Below are positions 56,201-64,000 of a stretch of DNA of 64,000 nt, in pieces; the first letter of the stretch is position 1; each line of letters opens with the position of its first letter. The position numbers and the translations under genes are program-made. Source of the stretch: an uncultured Woeseiaceae bacterium. GTDB lineage: Bacteria; Pseudomonadota; Gammaproteobacteria; Steroidobacterales; Woeseiaceae. The stretch spans positions 6,919-70,918 of the forward strand of contig CAYLTW010000003.1 of assembly GCA_964386735.1 (NCBI GenBank), read 5' to 3'. Under the pieces are notes generated by a model. It was not told the origin of the DNA and searched no databases. It saw only the letters and a list, made by a program, of their open reading frames with translations.

Positions 56201-56739
56201 ATCGGATAAACGTCGATCAGGGATCCACGAACAGCGAACTCCCCATGCTCGGAAACCTGCGGTACGCGGTAGTATCCCGCCGCAACGAGTGACTCAATGA
56301 ATCGCTCCCGATGCAGAGTTTGCCCGACGTCGAGGTGTAGCGACCGAGCCGCGACATAGTCAGCCGGAGGCAGGCGCTGATGCAGTGCTTGTGCGGATGC
56401 GATGACCACGCCTCGCGAGAGGCCAGGCATCTGAGACAGCACTCTGAGTCTTTGTGAAATGATGTCCTGATGTGGGGAGAAGCTGTCCCACGGCAAGGTT
56501 TCCCACTCGACAAAGTGCAGGACGTCGAAAGCATCCCCGGCGAAAAAGCGAATCTCGGCCTCCAGCTGATCGGCATGCCTTGCATCGTCGGCCAGCATGA
56601 GTATGGGTCGTTCCGAGCTGGCCGTGAATTCCGCGGCCGCGAGCGCGGCGCTGGCACCAATGAGTCGGCCCCAGGCGATATCCCGGCCCTTGCCCGGAGA
56701 TGGCGATGTTGGTGAAATGAGGACGGGTCTGGCAGACAC
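53239..56739 (-). CDS. mfd: Transcription-repair coupling factor Mfd
   Basis: About 1166 aa. UvrB-homology N-terminus, CarD-like RID ([16 protein letters not shown]), superfamily-2 helicase motifs ([18 protein letters not shown]) and a TRG motif. GTG 56739 preferred. The maximal ORF starts at a TTG (56805) that lies inside a terminator T-tract. Confidence 0.93.
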   Translation of the reverse strand: MSARPVLISPTSPSPGKGRDIAWGRLIGASAALAAAEFTASSERPILMLADDARHADQLEAEIRFFAGDAFDVLHFVEWETLPWDSFSPHQDIISQRLRVLSQMPGLSRGVVIASAQALHQRLPPADYVAARSLHLDVGQTLHRERFIESLVAAGYYRVPQVSEHGEFAVRGSLIDVYPMGSDEPIRIDFFDDEVETLRRFSPATQMSGEVVESISLLPAREIPLDVRDIKDFRERYRERFEGQPSRSRVYREVSDGIAHGGIEYYLPLFFGNNSNLLDYLPEDCVTIVPDVLAPILQTAWREIEERYELCRLDPERPVLSPTETFYDVESVLSRLNDRVIVRYSAQSLNESGDNLNLSARLPPALKIEARFEDPASALMNFLIDFEGRVLFTSESPGRREQVLDLLSGRGLNLARVDSWAGFLEQRERIGVAIAPLENGVLLPDAGIAIIGEQQLFGERARKKKRRPSDRDPEAIIRQLNDLQPGSPVVHAEYGVGRYLGLMTIETGGIKGEFLQLEYAGEDKLYVPVHALELITRYTGASAENAPLHRLGSEQWVRAKQRAAHRARDVAAELLDVYARRAARPGHRFHWSEADYRAFESGFPFEATEDQAATIDDVLADLNADKPMDRVVCGDVGFGKTEVALRATFAAVYGGKQVAILVPTTLLAQQHGDNFKDRFAEWPVRIEVLSRFQSAQQVREIVAGMQSGTIDVVIGTHRLLGHTRDFKDVGLVIVDEEHRFGVRHKEAIKSLRSDIDILTLTATPIPRTLNMALGGLRDMSLITTPPAERLAIKTFVSEWNDVIVREACLREIKRGGQMYFIHNRVDDIGRMRDELQKLVPEASIRVGHGQMPERDLEQVMFDFYHRRFNLLLCTTIVESGIDVPTANTIIINRADRFGLAQLHQLRGRVGRSHHRAYAYLIAPPRAVLSADAIKRLEAIDSLEELGSGFTLATHDLEIRGAGELLGDEQSGQIQEIGFSLYMDMLSRAVESLRAGQEPDLTAPLDAGVDINLHVPALLPDDYVPDVHLRLILYKRISATTSADELRELQVELIDRFGLLPDPARNLMRIAAIKKQAMALGIEKIDAADSSGYLIFGAESRIDPVALVQLVQNNGQTYRLQGSHRLRFQQDLSVLERRFAAIEKLLEQLAVKDPVGSTRLVDEMARS

Positions 56740-56803
56740 TGCGGATGTTGTTCGTTTGGGCCAACAGGAAAACGGCCCGCGATTATAAGCCAGTCCGCCA
56801 TAC

Positions 56804-56840
56804 AAAAAAAACGCCCGGGCCGTGATATACCCGGGCGTTT
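56804..56840 (-). terminator. Rho-independent terminator (minus strand)
   Basis: An 11-bp stem, aaacgcccggg (56809-56819) paired with cccgggcgttt (56830-56840), with a 10-nt loop. On the minus strand it is followed by a run of 8 T (56804-56811). It lies 47 nt downstream of the 56887-57162 ORF stop. Confidence 0.8.
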
Positions 56841-56886
56841 CGTCGATTGTGTTTTCGGCGCTTGTTTTCGGCGCCGGTGTTCTTGT

Positions 56887-57162
56887 CTAGCGTTTCAGAA
56901 CAGCGTGTATGACGCGGTCGTACTCGAAGTAGACGATCATGGTCTGGTATTCCCAGCTGGAGATCGGCGGATCGCCTACGGCGGCATTCCTGGATATCGG
57001 GGCGCCATATTTCGCCTCAACGCTATGCTGTGTCATGCCTCGGGTGGGCCGCGCGTCTTCGCTGCCGGGAGCTGTTCCCTGCATGTCAAGATTCTGGGCT
57101 CCGGCTACACCGAAAATACCGCAGATCAGTGCGACAAAAGTGAGCGTCCGCAGTTTGGCCAT
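56887..57162 (-). CDS. Small exported hypothetical protein
   Basis: 91 aa. Clear signal peptide (MAKLRTLTFVALICGIFGVAGAQ), then a short domain ...PPISSWEYQTMIVYFEYDRVIHAVL. Has its own terminator. Confidence 0.65.
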   Translation of the reverse strand: MAKLRTLTFVALICGIFGVAGAQNLDMQGTAPGSEDARPTRGMTQHSVEAKYGAPISRNAAVGDPPISSWEYQTMIVYFEYDRVIHAVLKR

Positions 57163-57327
57163 GGGTCTTTCTCCGATTACGTCCCGGCGACTATAGCACC
57201 GCTCGCCGGGCCAAAAAACAATTGATCTACAGGGTTTTTACACTGTCGGCGGTATGCCGCGCGTGAACCCTGTCACAGTTTTTGATGGCCCATTTCGGAA
57301 CTTGAATATGTGCTTTAATGCCTGCCG

Positions 57328-58569
57328 ATGATTCATCCACACGAACTTTTTGTCGGGTTGCGCTACTTGCGGGCAAAACGGCGTACACGCTTTGTGTCAT
57401 TCATCACGCTCAGCTCGCTTTTGGGAGTTGCTCTGGGCGTTGCAGCGCTGATTGTAATCCTGTCGGTCATGAACGGATTCGAGGGCGAACTGCGAACTCG
57501 TTTGCTCAGCATGTCGGCGCACGGTTCCTTTACCGGTAGTAGCGGCGTGACGAGGGACTGGCGCGGGCTGCTCGCGGACGTCGAGGCAGAGCCCGGAATT
57601 GCGGCAGCGGCGCCGCTGGTTAGCCTGGAAGGAATGATTCAATCGCGGCTGGATTTGCGCGCGATAATGATCAACGGAATCGATCCCGGTTTCGAGAAGA
57701 AACTTTCCGGCCATCTCATGAATATTGTTGAGGGTAGCCTGGACGCGCTCGTCAACGGCAGCCGTAGCATTATCCTGGGACGTTTACTCGCATTTGATCT
57801 TGGTGTGAGAATTGGAGACGGCGTCGTGTTGCTTATTCCGCGGCCTGTCGGCGACGGAACGATGGAGCCGGTGCTCAAACGCTTCGTCGTGAGCGGCGTG
57901 TTTGAAGCGGGGCTCGCGGACTACGACGCTTCACTGGCGCTCATCAATGTAAACGATGCCGCATCCATACTCGCCCTGGGCGATGAGGTCACTGCAATTC
58001 GATTTCGTGCTGAAGATGTCATGCAGGCGCCTGCAATAGCGAAGCGGTTCGCGTCGCACCGCGATGACATCAGATCCAGTGACTGGACCGTCGAGAACGA
58101 AAGTTACTTTCGCGCAATTCGAATTGAAAAAATGATGATGTCGCTAATCCTGTCACTGATCATCGCTGTTGCGGCGTTCAACATCGTTGCCAGCCTGGTC
58201 ATGGTCGTCACGGACAAGACCACAGACATCGCCGTGCTGCGGACCCTGGGAATGTCCTCGAATGGCGTCATACGAGTTTTCTTCGTGCAAGGAGCCGTCA
58301 TTGGCTGGATCGGCGTGTTTTTCGGTGTGATCCTGGGCGTCATCATTGCCATTTATGTACCTGTTATCGTACCCGTGCTGGAGCGTTTGCTCGGGTTCCA
58401 GATCATGCCCGGCGATGTCTACTATGTGTCTCGCATCCCATCTGAACTCGACTGGATGCACGTTACAGTTATCGCGGTCTCCGCTTTCGTATTAACGTCG
58501 TTCGCGACACTTTATCCGGCGCGTCGGGCGGCCCTCGTCAATCCGGCCGTTGCGCTCAGGTACGAATGA
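57328..58569 (+). CDS. lolC: Lipoprotein-releasing ABC transporter permease LolC/LolE family
   Basis: 413 aa. LFVGLRYLRAKRR...MNGFEGELR N-terminus, MacB-like periplasmic domain and a C-terminal FtsX domain. Confidence 0.88.
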   Translation: MIHPHELFVGLRYLRAKRRTRFVSFITLSSLLGVALGVAALIVILSVMNGFEGELRTRLLSMSAHGSFTGSSGVTRDWRGLLADVEAEPGIAAAAPLVSLEGMIQSRLDLRAIMINGIDPGFEKKLSGHLMNIVEGSLDALVNGSRSIILGRLLAFDLGVRIGDGVVLLIPRPVGDGTMEPVLKRFVVSGVFEAGLADYDASLALINVNDAASILALGDEVTAIRFRAEDVMQAPAIAKRFASHRDDIRSSDWTVENESYFRAIRIEKMMMSLILSLIIAVAAFNIVASLVMVVTDKTTDIAVLRTLGMSSNGVIRVFFVQGAVIGWIGVFFGVILGVIIAIYVPVIVPVLERLLGFQIMPGDVYYVSRIPSELDWMHVTVIAVSAFVLTSFATLYPARRAALVNPAVALRYE

Positions 58570-59819
58570 CCATGTCCTGGCGCTTCGAGTACTGGATCGG
58601 TGGCCGCTACGTCAGGTCACGAAGCAAGAACAGCTTTGTGTCGCTGATCTCGGCGATATCGATGCTGGGTATTGCCGTGGCGGTCAGTGTTTTGATCATC
58701 GTATTGTCCGTGGTCAACGGTTTCGAACGAGAACTAAAAGACCGCTTGCTCGCGATGAGTTCTCACGCCTCCATTGAAGGTGCAGATGGACGACTTGCCA
58801 ACTGGGACGACCTCAGCAAATTCGCGGTCGGCGATTCGCGTGTTATCGCCGCTGCGCCATACATCACCGGGCAGGCGCTCATGGTTTTCGGTGAACAGAT
58901 TAGTGGCACGGAATTGCGCGGCATCAGTCCGGAGCAGGAGGTCGAAGTTTCCGGCGTTGCAGGGTTGATGACCGAGGGTGAGTTATCGACTCTGTCACCC
59001 GGCGCATTCCATATCGTACTCGGCGTAGAACTGGCCCGCCATCTTGAAGTCGATATCGGCGACAGAGTTACGGTAACGCTGCCAACAGGCACCGTTACGC
59101 CGGCCGGCGTCCTGCCGCGAACGAAGCGGTTCACCGTGAGCGGTTTTTACCGTGTTGGCATGTATGAGTTTGACAGGCGACTCGCGTATATCAATCTTGA
59201 TGACGCGCAGAAACTGTATCGTCGCAAGGATTCAGTCACGGGTGTGCGACTAGCGGTTGCCGACATATTTGATGCCCCGCAAATCGTTCGCGATGTTGCG
59301 GTTGCGTACGGCGAGTATGTACTGATTAACGATTGGACGAAACGCAATGTCAATTTTTTTCGCTCCATTCAGATTACGAAGTCAATATTGTTTGTGATCC
59401 TGCTGCTCGTCGTTGCGGTAGCGGCATTCAATATCGTTTCCACGCTTGTCATGGTTGTGAAAGACAAGCAATCGGACATCGCAATACTGAGAACGGTCGG
59501 GGCGACGCCGGCCAGTATCGTCCGGATATTCATGACGCAGGGTACTGTGATCGGTGTTGTTGGAACTTTTGCGGGCGTCGCGCTCGGCGTATTGATGGCG
59601 ACAAACCTTGAAAGCATCGTTGGCTTTCTTGAATCCGTTTTTGGTATTAAGTTTCTGGCGGCCGACGTCTATTTCATCAGTGATCTGCCATCCGAGCTTC
59701 GTCTCGGCGATGTGATTCGAATATCAGCTATTGCGCTCGTATTGGCACTCATCTCAACTCTTTATCCGGCGTGGATGGCAGCAAGGACAGCGCCTGCGGA
59801 GGCTCTTCGGTATGAATAA
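58566..59819 (+). CDS. lolE: Lipoprotein-releasing ABC transporter permease LolC/LolE family (second paralogue)
   Basis: 417 aa with the same architecture ([14 protein letters not shown]...[11 protein letters not shown]). ATGA overlap with the upstream paralogue. Confidence 0.88.
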   Translation: MTMSWRFEYWIGGRYVRSRSKNSFVSLISAISMLGIAVAVSVLIIVLSVVNGFERELKDRLLAMSSHASIEGADGRLANWDDLSKFAVGDSRVIAAAPYITGQALMVFGEQISGTELRGISPEQEVEVSGVAGLMTEGELSTLSPGAFHIVLGVELARHLEVDIGDRVTVTLPTGTVTPAGVLPRTKRFTVSGFYRVGMYEFDRRLAYINLDDAQKLYRRKDSVTGVRLAVADIFDAPQIVRDVAVAYGEYVLINDWTKRNVNFFRSIQITKSILFVILLLVVAVAAFNIVSTLVMVVKDKQSDIAILRTVGATPASIVRIFMTQGTVIGVVGTFAGVALGVLMATNLESIVGFLESVFGIKFLAADVYFISDLPSELRLGDVIRISAIALVLALISTLYPAWMAARTAPAEALRYE

Positions 59820-60504
59820 CGCAAACCAGCCGGTACTTGAGTGTCGCGGAATTTCGAGGCACTTTAATGAAGGCGCCTCAATTCTCGAGGTATTGAGTGG
59901 TGTCGATCTGCAGATCGCGCCGGCCGAACGCGTAGCGATCATCGGCGCATCGGGTTCCGGCAAAACGACGCTGTTGCAGATTCTCGGCGGCCTCGATGAT
60001 CCGGATGTCGGAGAAGTCTATATTGGCGGCGCCGCCATGCATGGCGGCAATGAGGCATCACGCGGCGAGCTTCGCAACCGCTACATCGGCTTCGTATATC
60101 AGTTTCACCATTTGCTGCCGGAGTTCACGGCCGAGGAAAATGTGGCAATGCCACTGCTCATTCGGCGCGTGCCCAAAGCCGAGGCGCTCGGCCAGGCGAG
60201 CGAACTGCTGGCCCGGGTTGGCCTGGGCGAACGGCTAACCCACAAACCCGGCGAGCTGTCGGGCGGCGAGCGCCAACGAGCCGCTGTTGCTCGCGCGTTG
60301 ATAACCAAGCCGCAACTGGTTCTCGCTGATGAGCCGACCGGAAATCTCGATGCCGGTAACGGCGAGCACGTTCTCAGTTTGATGCTCGAACTCAACCGGG
60401 AATTTCACACCAGCCTGGTCATCGTGACGCATGATCATGCCATCGCAGATAGAATGGATCGTGTCCTCATCCTTGAGGACAGGAATTTGCGTGAGTCAGG
60501 CTGA
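59812..60504 (+). CDS. lolD: Lipoprotein-releasing system ATP-binding protein LolD
   Basis: From ATG 59812. Walker [12 protein letters not shown], signature LSGGERQR and Walker [13 protein letters not shown]. Confidence 0.93.
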   Translation: MNNANQPVLECRGISRHFNEGASILEVLSGVDLQIAPAERVAIIGASGSGKTTLLQILGGLDDPDVGEVYIGGAAMHGGNEASRGELRNRYIGFVYQFHHLLPEFTAEENVAMPLLIRRVPKAEALGQASELLARVGLGERLTHKPGELSGGERQRAAVARALITKPQLVLADEPTGNLDAGNGEHVLSLMLELNREFHTSLVIVTHDHAIADRMDRVLILEDRNLRESG

Positions 60505-61020
60505 GTTATTGCGTTCGTTGCGTTTGCGTGATTTGTAGTCGTGTAGAGACGATCGCCAGAGAAGGTCGACGACGACGTAAGCGATCAGGGCGGCCGCCAG
60601 ACCGAGCAACAGGCTACCTAGCATCATGGGTTGCCAGATCATGACGAACTTGTGCGTAACCCAGTCGAGCGAAAGCTCGAAGTCGAACGCGACGGTTTCC
60701 GTACCCAACAAGGTTCGGCCGAGCCGGTACGCACCGTAGTACATTGGATACATCGTCAGCGGGTTACTGGCGAAAGAGGTTACGACGGCGACCGGAATAT
60801 TGATCCTGAATGCCAACGCCGCCAGTGCCGACATCGCCATGTGGCCTGGAAACGGCATGAAAGCCACAAACAAACCAAGGGAAAACGCGGGTACAACGGT
60901 CCTGCGGCGAATACCCCAGAGCCGGGTGTCTTTTAGCAGGTGCTGAAACGGCGTCAGGAACCAGCTATCACCGACGTGATGCCGTTTAAACGCAAATTTC
61001 CTAAAAAAACGCCTTGGCAT
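60496..61020 (-). CDS. DUF2062-family membrane protein
   Basis: 174 aa. Basic N-terminus, then a [32 protein letters not shown] pattern and 3-4 TM helices. Confidence 0.7.
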   Translation of the reverse strand: MPRRFFRKFAFKRHHVGDSWFLTPFQHLLKDTRLWGIRRRTVVPAFSLGLFVAFMPFPGHMAMSALAALAFRINIPVAVVTSFASNPLTMYPMYYGAYRLGRTLLGTETVAFDFELSLDWVTHKFVMIWQPMMLGSLLLGLAAALIAYVVVDLLWRSSLHDYKSRKRNERNNSA

Positions 61021-61084
61021 TCCAGCCTCGTTCCTGTGTGATAGTCAGAGTCGGGTTCGGCCGGCGCGATTTCCAGATCCCTGA

Positions 61085-63385
61085 ATGATCAGAGCCTGCC
61101 TTTGTCTGCTGGCCGGAGCAATGGCGCCGCAGCTTAGCAGCTTTCCGTCTCATTCCGACCATCTATTTGTACAGATAGTTGCACTCGGGTTTGCCCTGAT
61201 TTTGGCCCTGCCGTACCTGCGGCGGCGGGACCTGGCGCTGTTCCTGGGCGCGGCAGCCCTGTTCTGGAATGCCGCCGAGGGTGTCATTGACGGACGGCTC
61301 GCGCGCGGCTATGAGGGCGACAGTATTCTGACTGAGTTACGGGTCGTGGATTTTCCCCGCGTCAATGGTTCGTCAACCAGCTTCATTGCGACGCCGGTTG
61401 CCGATGCGAGGGTGCCGAGTCGCATTCGCCTGAGCTGGCAGGAGACACCTGTATCCCTTCGACCGGGCGATGTCTGGCGCATGGAGATTCGCCTCAGGCG
61501 GCCGCGGGGTAGTAGCAACCCCGGGTCGATGGATTACGAGGCCTGGCTGTTTCGTGAGCGGATCGGGGCCACCGGATACGTTGTCGGTGGGAAACGTAAT
61601 GTGCTGCTCGATTCAGGCACTTCAAGGGGATTGGATCGCGTCCGCGAACATTACCTCGCGAACGCGCAGCGCGTACTCAGGAATGATGCATCGCTGCCGG
61701 TCGTCGTCGCGTTGGCAATAGGGGCCAGGCACCTGATCTCCACGGAGGCCTGGGACCGGTATGCCCGAACCGGAACCAGTCATCTTATGGCGATTTCGGG
61801 GCTGCATATAGGACTGGCGGCAGTTGCAACCTATCTGCTGGTGGCCGGTGTATTCGGATTGATCGGCCGGGGCAATCATCATTTCGCGGCGCTGGCCGTG
61901 GCCCTGACCGTCGCGTGCGCGTATGCCGCCGTGTCCGGCTTCGCCGTGCCCGCCCGGCGCGCCGCGCTAATGCTCGCTCTTGCAACCGTTGTACTGCTTC
62001 GGCGTCGTGAAATCAGTGTATCGCGACTGTTGTCCGCCGCTGTAATAGTCGTCGTCGTGAGCGATCCAATCGCAACGATGGAACCGGGTTTCAAACTTTC
62101 GTTCGCGGCGGTCGCGACCTTGTTCTGGTTTGCGAGGCATCAACAACCCCGGTCCGGCAATTTGATCTGGCGGCCCGCCCTTGCTTTTCGGAGCCTGGTA
62201 TTGGTCCAGCTAACGCTTTTGATCGGCCTGCTACCACTCAGTGTATTGATCTTCGGGCGCGTGTCCCTTGTCGCGCCGCTGATCAATCTCGTCGCCGTGC
62301 CGTTGTTCAGTTTCGTCACGGTACCGTTGGTATTGCTGAGCCTCGCGACGTCGGATATGTCGCTGCAGCTCGCCGAACTCGCACTGCGCGGCGCTGCGAT
62401 GAGCGTCGGCTGGCTGGAACAGTTGATCCACATCTCGGCCAGCTATTCCAATGCGTCGATACGCGTCGCCGCGATCGAGTCCGAAGCGTGGTTATTCCTG
62501 CTGCTGCCGCTGCTGTGGTTGGTGTTGCCACCCGGCTGGCCGGCACGTCGCGCAGCCTGGCTAGGTGTTATCGCGATTGCCTTGTGGCGGCCGCAGAGTC
62601 CGCCTGAGAAATGTGTCGACATTCGGGTGCTGGACGTGGGTCAGGGGCTGTCGCTGGTCCTGCAGACTCAGGACAGGGTGCTGGTCTACGACGCGGGTCC
62701 TGCATGGCAGGGCGGTGGCAGCGCCGGTGAGCGGATCCTTGTACCCTACTTGTGGTACCGCGGGATTGAACGCGTCGATCGCCTGGTGGTGTCGCACGCG
62801 GATATCGACCATGCAGGAGGGGTGCAGGCACTTATTGAGGGTATCGAGGTGGGCGACATCGTCGCGGGTGATGATCTGCCCTGGATCGAACAGAAAATCG
62901 GCCGCTGTCGCGCCGGCATGGCCTGGTCGTGGAATGGCGTCAGATTCTCTATCCTGCACCCGCAAGGGGATGCGACAAATGAGGGCAATGAGGCGTCTTG
63001 CGTATTGCTGGTAGAAACTGGCGAAAACCGGGCACTAATGACGGGAGACATTGAGTCGGGTGCTGAGGGGCAACTCGTGAGACAGCGCGTATTGCCCAAG
63101 GTCTATTTTCTCACGGTTCCGCACCACGGTAGCCGCACATCCTCGATCGTGCCGTTTGTGCAAGCGCTGGCACCGTCATTTGCCGTGGTTTCGGCCGGCT
63201 ACGGCAATCGTTGGGGATTTCCCAAACCGGACGTCGTGGGTCGCTGGCGCTCGAGCGGAGCCCGGGTGCTGAATACGGCGACCAGCGGTGCGATCAATCT
63301 GAGAATGTGTCCGGGAAAGGTGGTCCGGGAGCCGTCAGGATGGCGAAATAAAAGGCGCCGCATATGGCACGAGCACGATTCATAG
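61085..63385 (+). CDS. comEC: DNA internalization-related competence protein ComEC/Rec2
   Basis: 766 aa. Polytopic Competence domain (TGTSHLMAISGLHIG) and a C-terminal metallo-beta-lactamase domain (VSHADIDHAGG...VPHHGS). Confidence 0.9.
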   Translation: MIRACLCLLAGAMAPQLSSFPSHSDHLFVQIVALGFALILALPYLRRRDLALFLGAAALFWNAAEGVIDGRLARGYEGDSILTELRVVDFPRVNGSSTSFIATPVADARVPSRIRLSWQETPVSLRPGDVWRMEIRLRRPRGSSNPGSMDYEAWLFRERIGATGYVVGGKRNVLLDSGTSRGLDRVREHYLANAQRVLRNDASLPVVVALAIGARHLISTEAWDRYARTGTSHLMAISGLHIGLAAVATYLLVAGVFGLIGRGNHHFAALAVALTVACAYAAVSGFAVPARRAALMLALATVVLLRRREISVSRLLSAAVIVVVVSDPIATMEPGFKLSFAAVATLFWFARHQQPRSGNLIWRPALAFRSLVLVQLTLLIGLLPLSVLIFGRVSLVAPLINLVAVPLFSFVTVPLVLLSLATSDMSLQLAELALRGAAMSVGWLEQLIHISASYSNASIRVAAIESEAWLFLLLPLLWLVLPPGWPARRAAWLGVIAIALWRPQSPPEKCVDIRVLDVGQGLSLVLQTQDRVLVYDAGPAWQGGGSAGERILVPYLWYRGIERVDRLVVSHADIDHAGGVQALIEGIEVGDIVAGDDLPWIEQKIGRCRAGMAWSWNGVRFSILHPQGDATNEGNEASCVLLVETGENRALMTGDIESGAEGQLVRQRVLPKVYFLTVPHHGSRTSSIVPFVQALAPSFAVVSAGYGNRWGFPKPDVVGRWRSSGARVLNTATSGAINLRMCPGKVVREPSGWRNKRRRIWHEHDS

Positions 63386-63416
63386 TATATTTCGTTTTTT
63401 CCCCGAGTCATCTTGT

Positions 63417-64000
63417 ATGGTTGAAATAGTCAAGTCCGGCGGTTGGCTCATGGCGCCGATCATTCTTTGCGCCATCATCGCGATGGGGATCATCCTCGAA
63501 CGCTTCTGGACGCTGCAGCAAAAACGCGTCATTCCCGAAGATTTGACGAGCAAGGTCTGGGGCTGGGTAAAAAAAGACCAGCTCGACCAGAAGCAGATCC
63601 AGAGTTTGCATCAGGGATCCGCACTCGGACAGATACTCGCGGCGGGTCTCATCAATCGGGACCGGAAACGCAGCATCATGAAGGACAGTATTGAAGATAC
63701 CGGTCGTCACGTCGTGCACGAACTGGAGCGTTATCTTGAGACGCTCGGGACGGTTGCGGCTGTTTCGCCGTTGCTCGGCCTGCTTGGCACGGTAATCGGT
63801 ATGGTCAAGGTATTTGCGGCGATTACGACGCACGGGGTTGGCAATCCGACGGTACTTGCCGGTGGCATCGCCGAAGCGCTGATTACGACGGCCGCCGGCC
63901 TCAGCGTTGCGATTCCCGCGTTGATCGGTTATCGCTATTACCGCAATCGAGTGGACACGCTTGTCGTAGATATGGAGAAAGAGGCGATCAAGCTCATCGA
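63417..64000 (+). CDS. exbB: MotA/TolQ/ExbB proton-channel protein (3' end beyond window)
   Basis: Translated by hand from ATG 63417: MVEIVKSGGWLMAPIILCAIIAMGIILERFW...SPLLGLLGTVIGMVKVF...IAEALITTAAGLSVAIP. The frame is still open at base 64000 and the ORF is not in the supplied track. Confidence 0.85.
   Translation, partial: MVEIVKSGGWLMAPIILCAIIAMGIILERFWTLQQKRVIPEDLTSKVWGWVKKDQLDQKQIQSLHQGSALGQILAAGLINRDRKRSIMKDSIEDTGRHVVHELERYLETLGTVAAVSPLLGLLGTVIGMVKVFAAITTHGVGNPTVLAGGIAEALITTAAGLSVAIPALIGYRYYRNRVDTLVVDMEKEAIKLI

Noticed and set aside
56851-56876. Direct repeat gttttcggcgc x2 just upstream of the terminator
   Set aside because: It is short (11 nt), has two copies, and lies in the 3' UTR of the small exported-protein gene. 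Nothing links it to a known motif, so it is most likely incidental.
57328-59819. Two similar adjacent genes that could look like a duplication or mobile repeat
   Set aside because: They are the expected LolC/LolE paralogous permease pair of the LolCDE transporter. The proteins have diverged, and there is no nucleotide-level repeat.

Overview
This 64-kb window is moderately GC-rich, densely packed chromosomal DNA from a Gammaproteobacterium, and almost all of it is core housekeeping genes. It joins several conserved blocks:

- **Block 1:** tsf-pyrH-frr-uppS-cdsA-rseP-bamA-skp-lpxD-lpxA-lpxB-rnhB-dnaE-accA-tilS
- **Block 2:** pyrG-kdsA-eno-ftsB-truD, a convergent smr-like gene, then surE-pcm-yqaA-nlpD-rpoS
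- **Block 3:** a divergent Mth938-domain / RpfE-like gene pair, then recJ-prfB-lysS. prfB carries the classical +1 frameshift.
- **Block 4:** ygfZ, then divergently a DUF1674 gene, sdhCDAB, sdhE and ygfX
- **Block 5:** rpoE-rseA-rseB-rseC, a Grx-like gene, lepA-lepB, a DUF4845 gene, then rnc-era-recO-pdxJ-acpS
- **Block 6:** a PolB-like exonuclease, rlmD, nagZ and a PAS-GGDEF protein
- **Block 7:** csiV-like and mfd on the minus strand
- **Block 8:** lolC-lolE-lolD, a DUF2062 gene, comEC and the start of exbB

I found no rRNA, tRNA, CRISPR array, transposase, integrase or prophage genes. I also see no convincing multi-gene candidate for a novel defence or accessory system, so this looks like an ordinary core region.

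The points most worth a second look are:

1. **Missing genes.** dxr, ispD-ispF and fabZ are cleanly absent from otherwise perfectly conserved synteny. This could mean the MEP (non-mevalonate isoprenoid) pathway was relocated or replaced.
2. **A hairpin repeat family.** Two long intergenic hairpins share a perfectly conserved 25-nt apical core, while their stems have diverged with compensating changes. One of them buries the sdhE start codon.
3. **A complete SDH-assembly neighbourhood.** It includes a eukaryote-type SDHAF4/DUF1674 mini-protein.
4. **A degenerate GGDEF protein.** The active site reads DGAQF, but an RxxD I-site is retained at the correct spacing.

All functional calls come from reading the translated ORFs and from gene order. 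No database searches were run.
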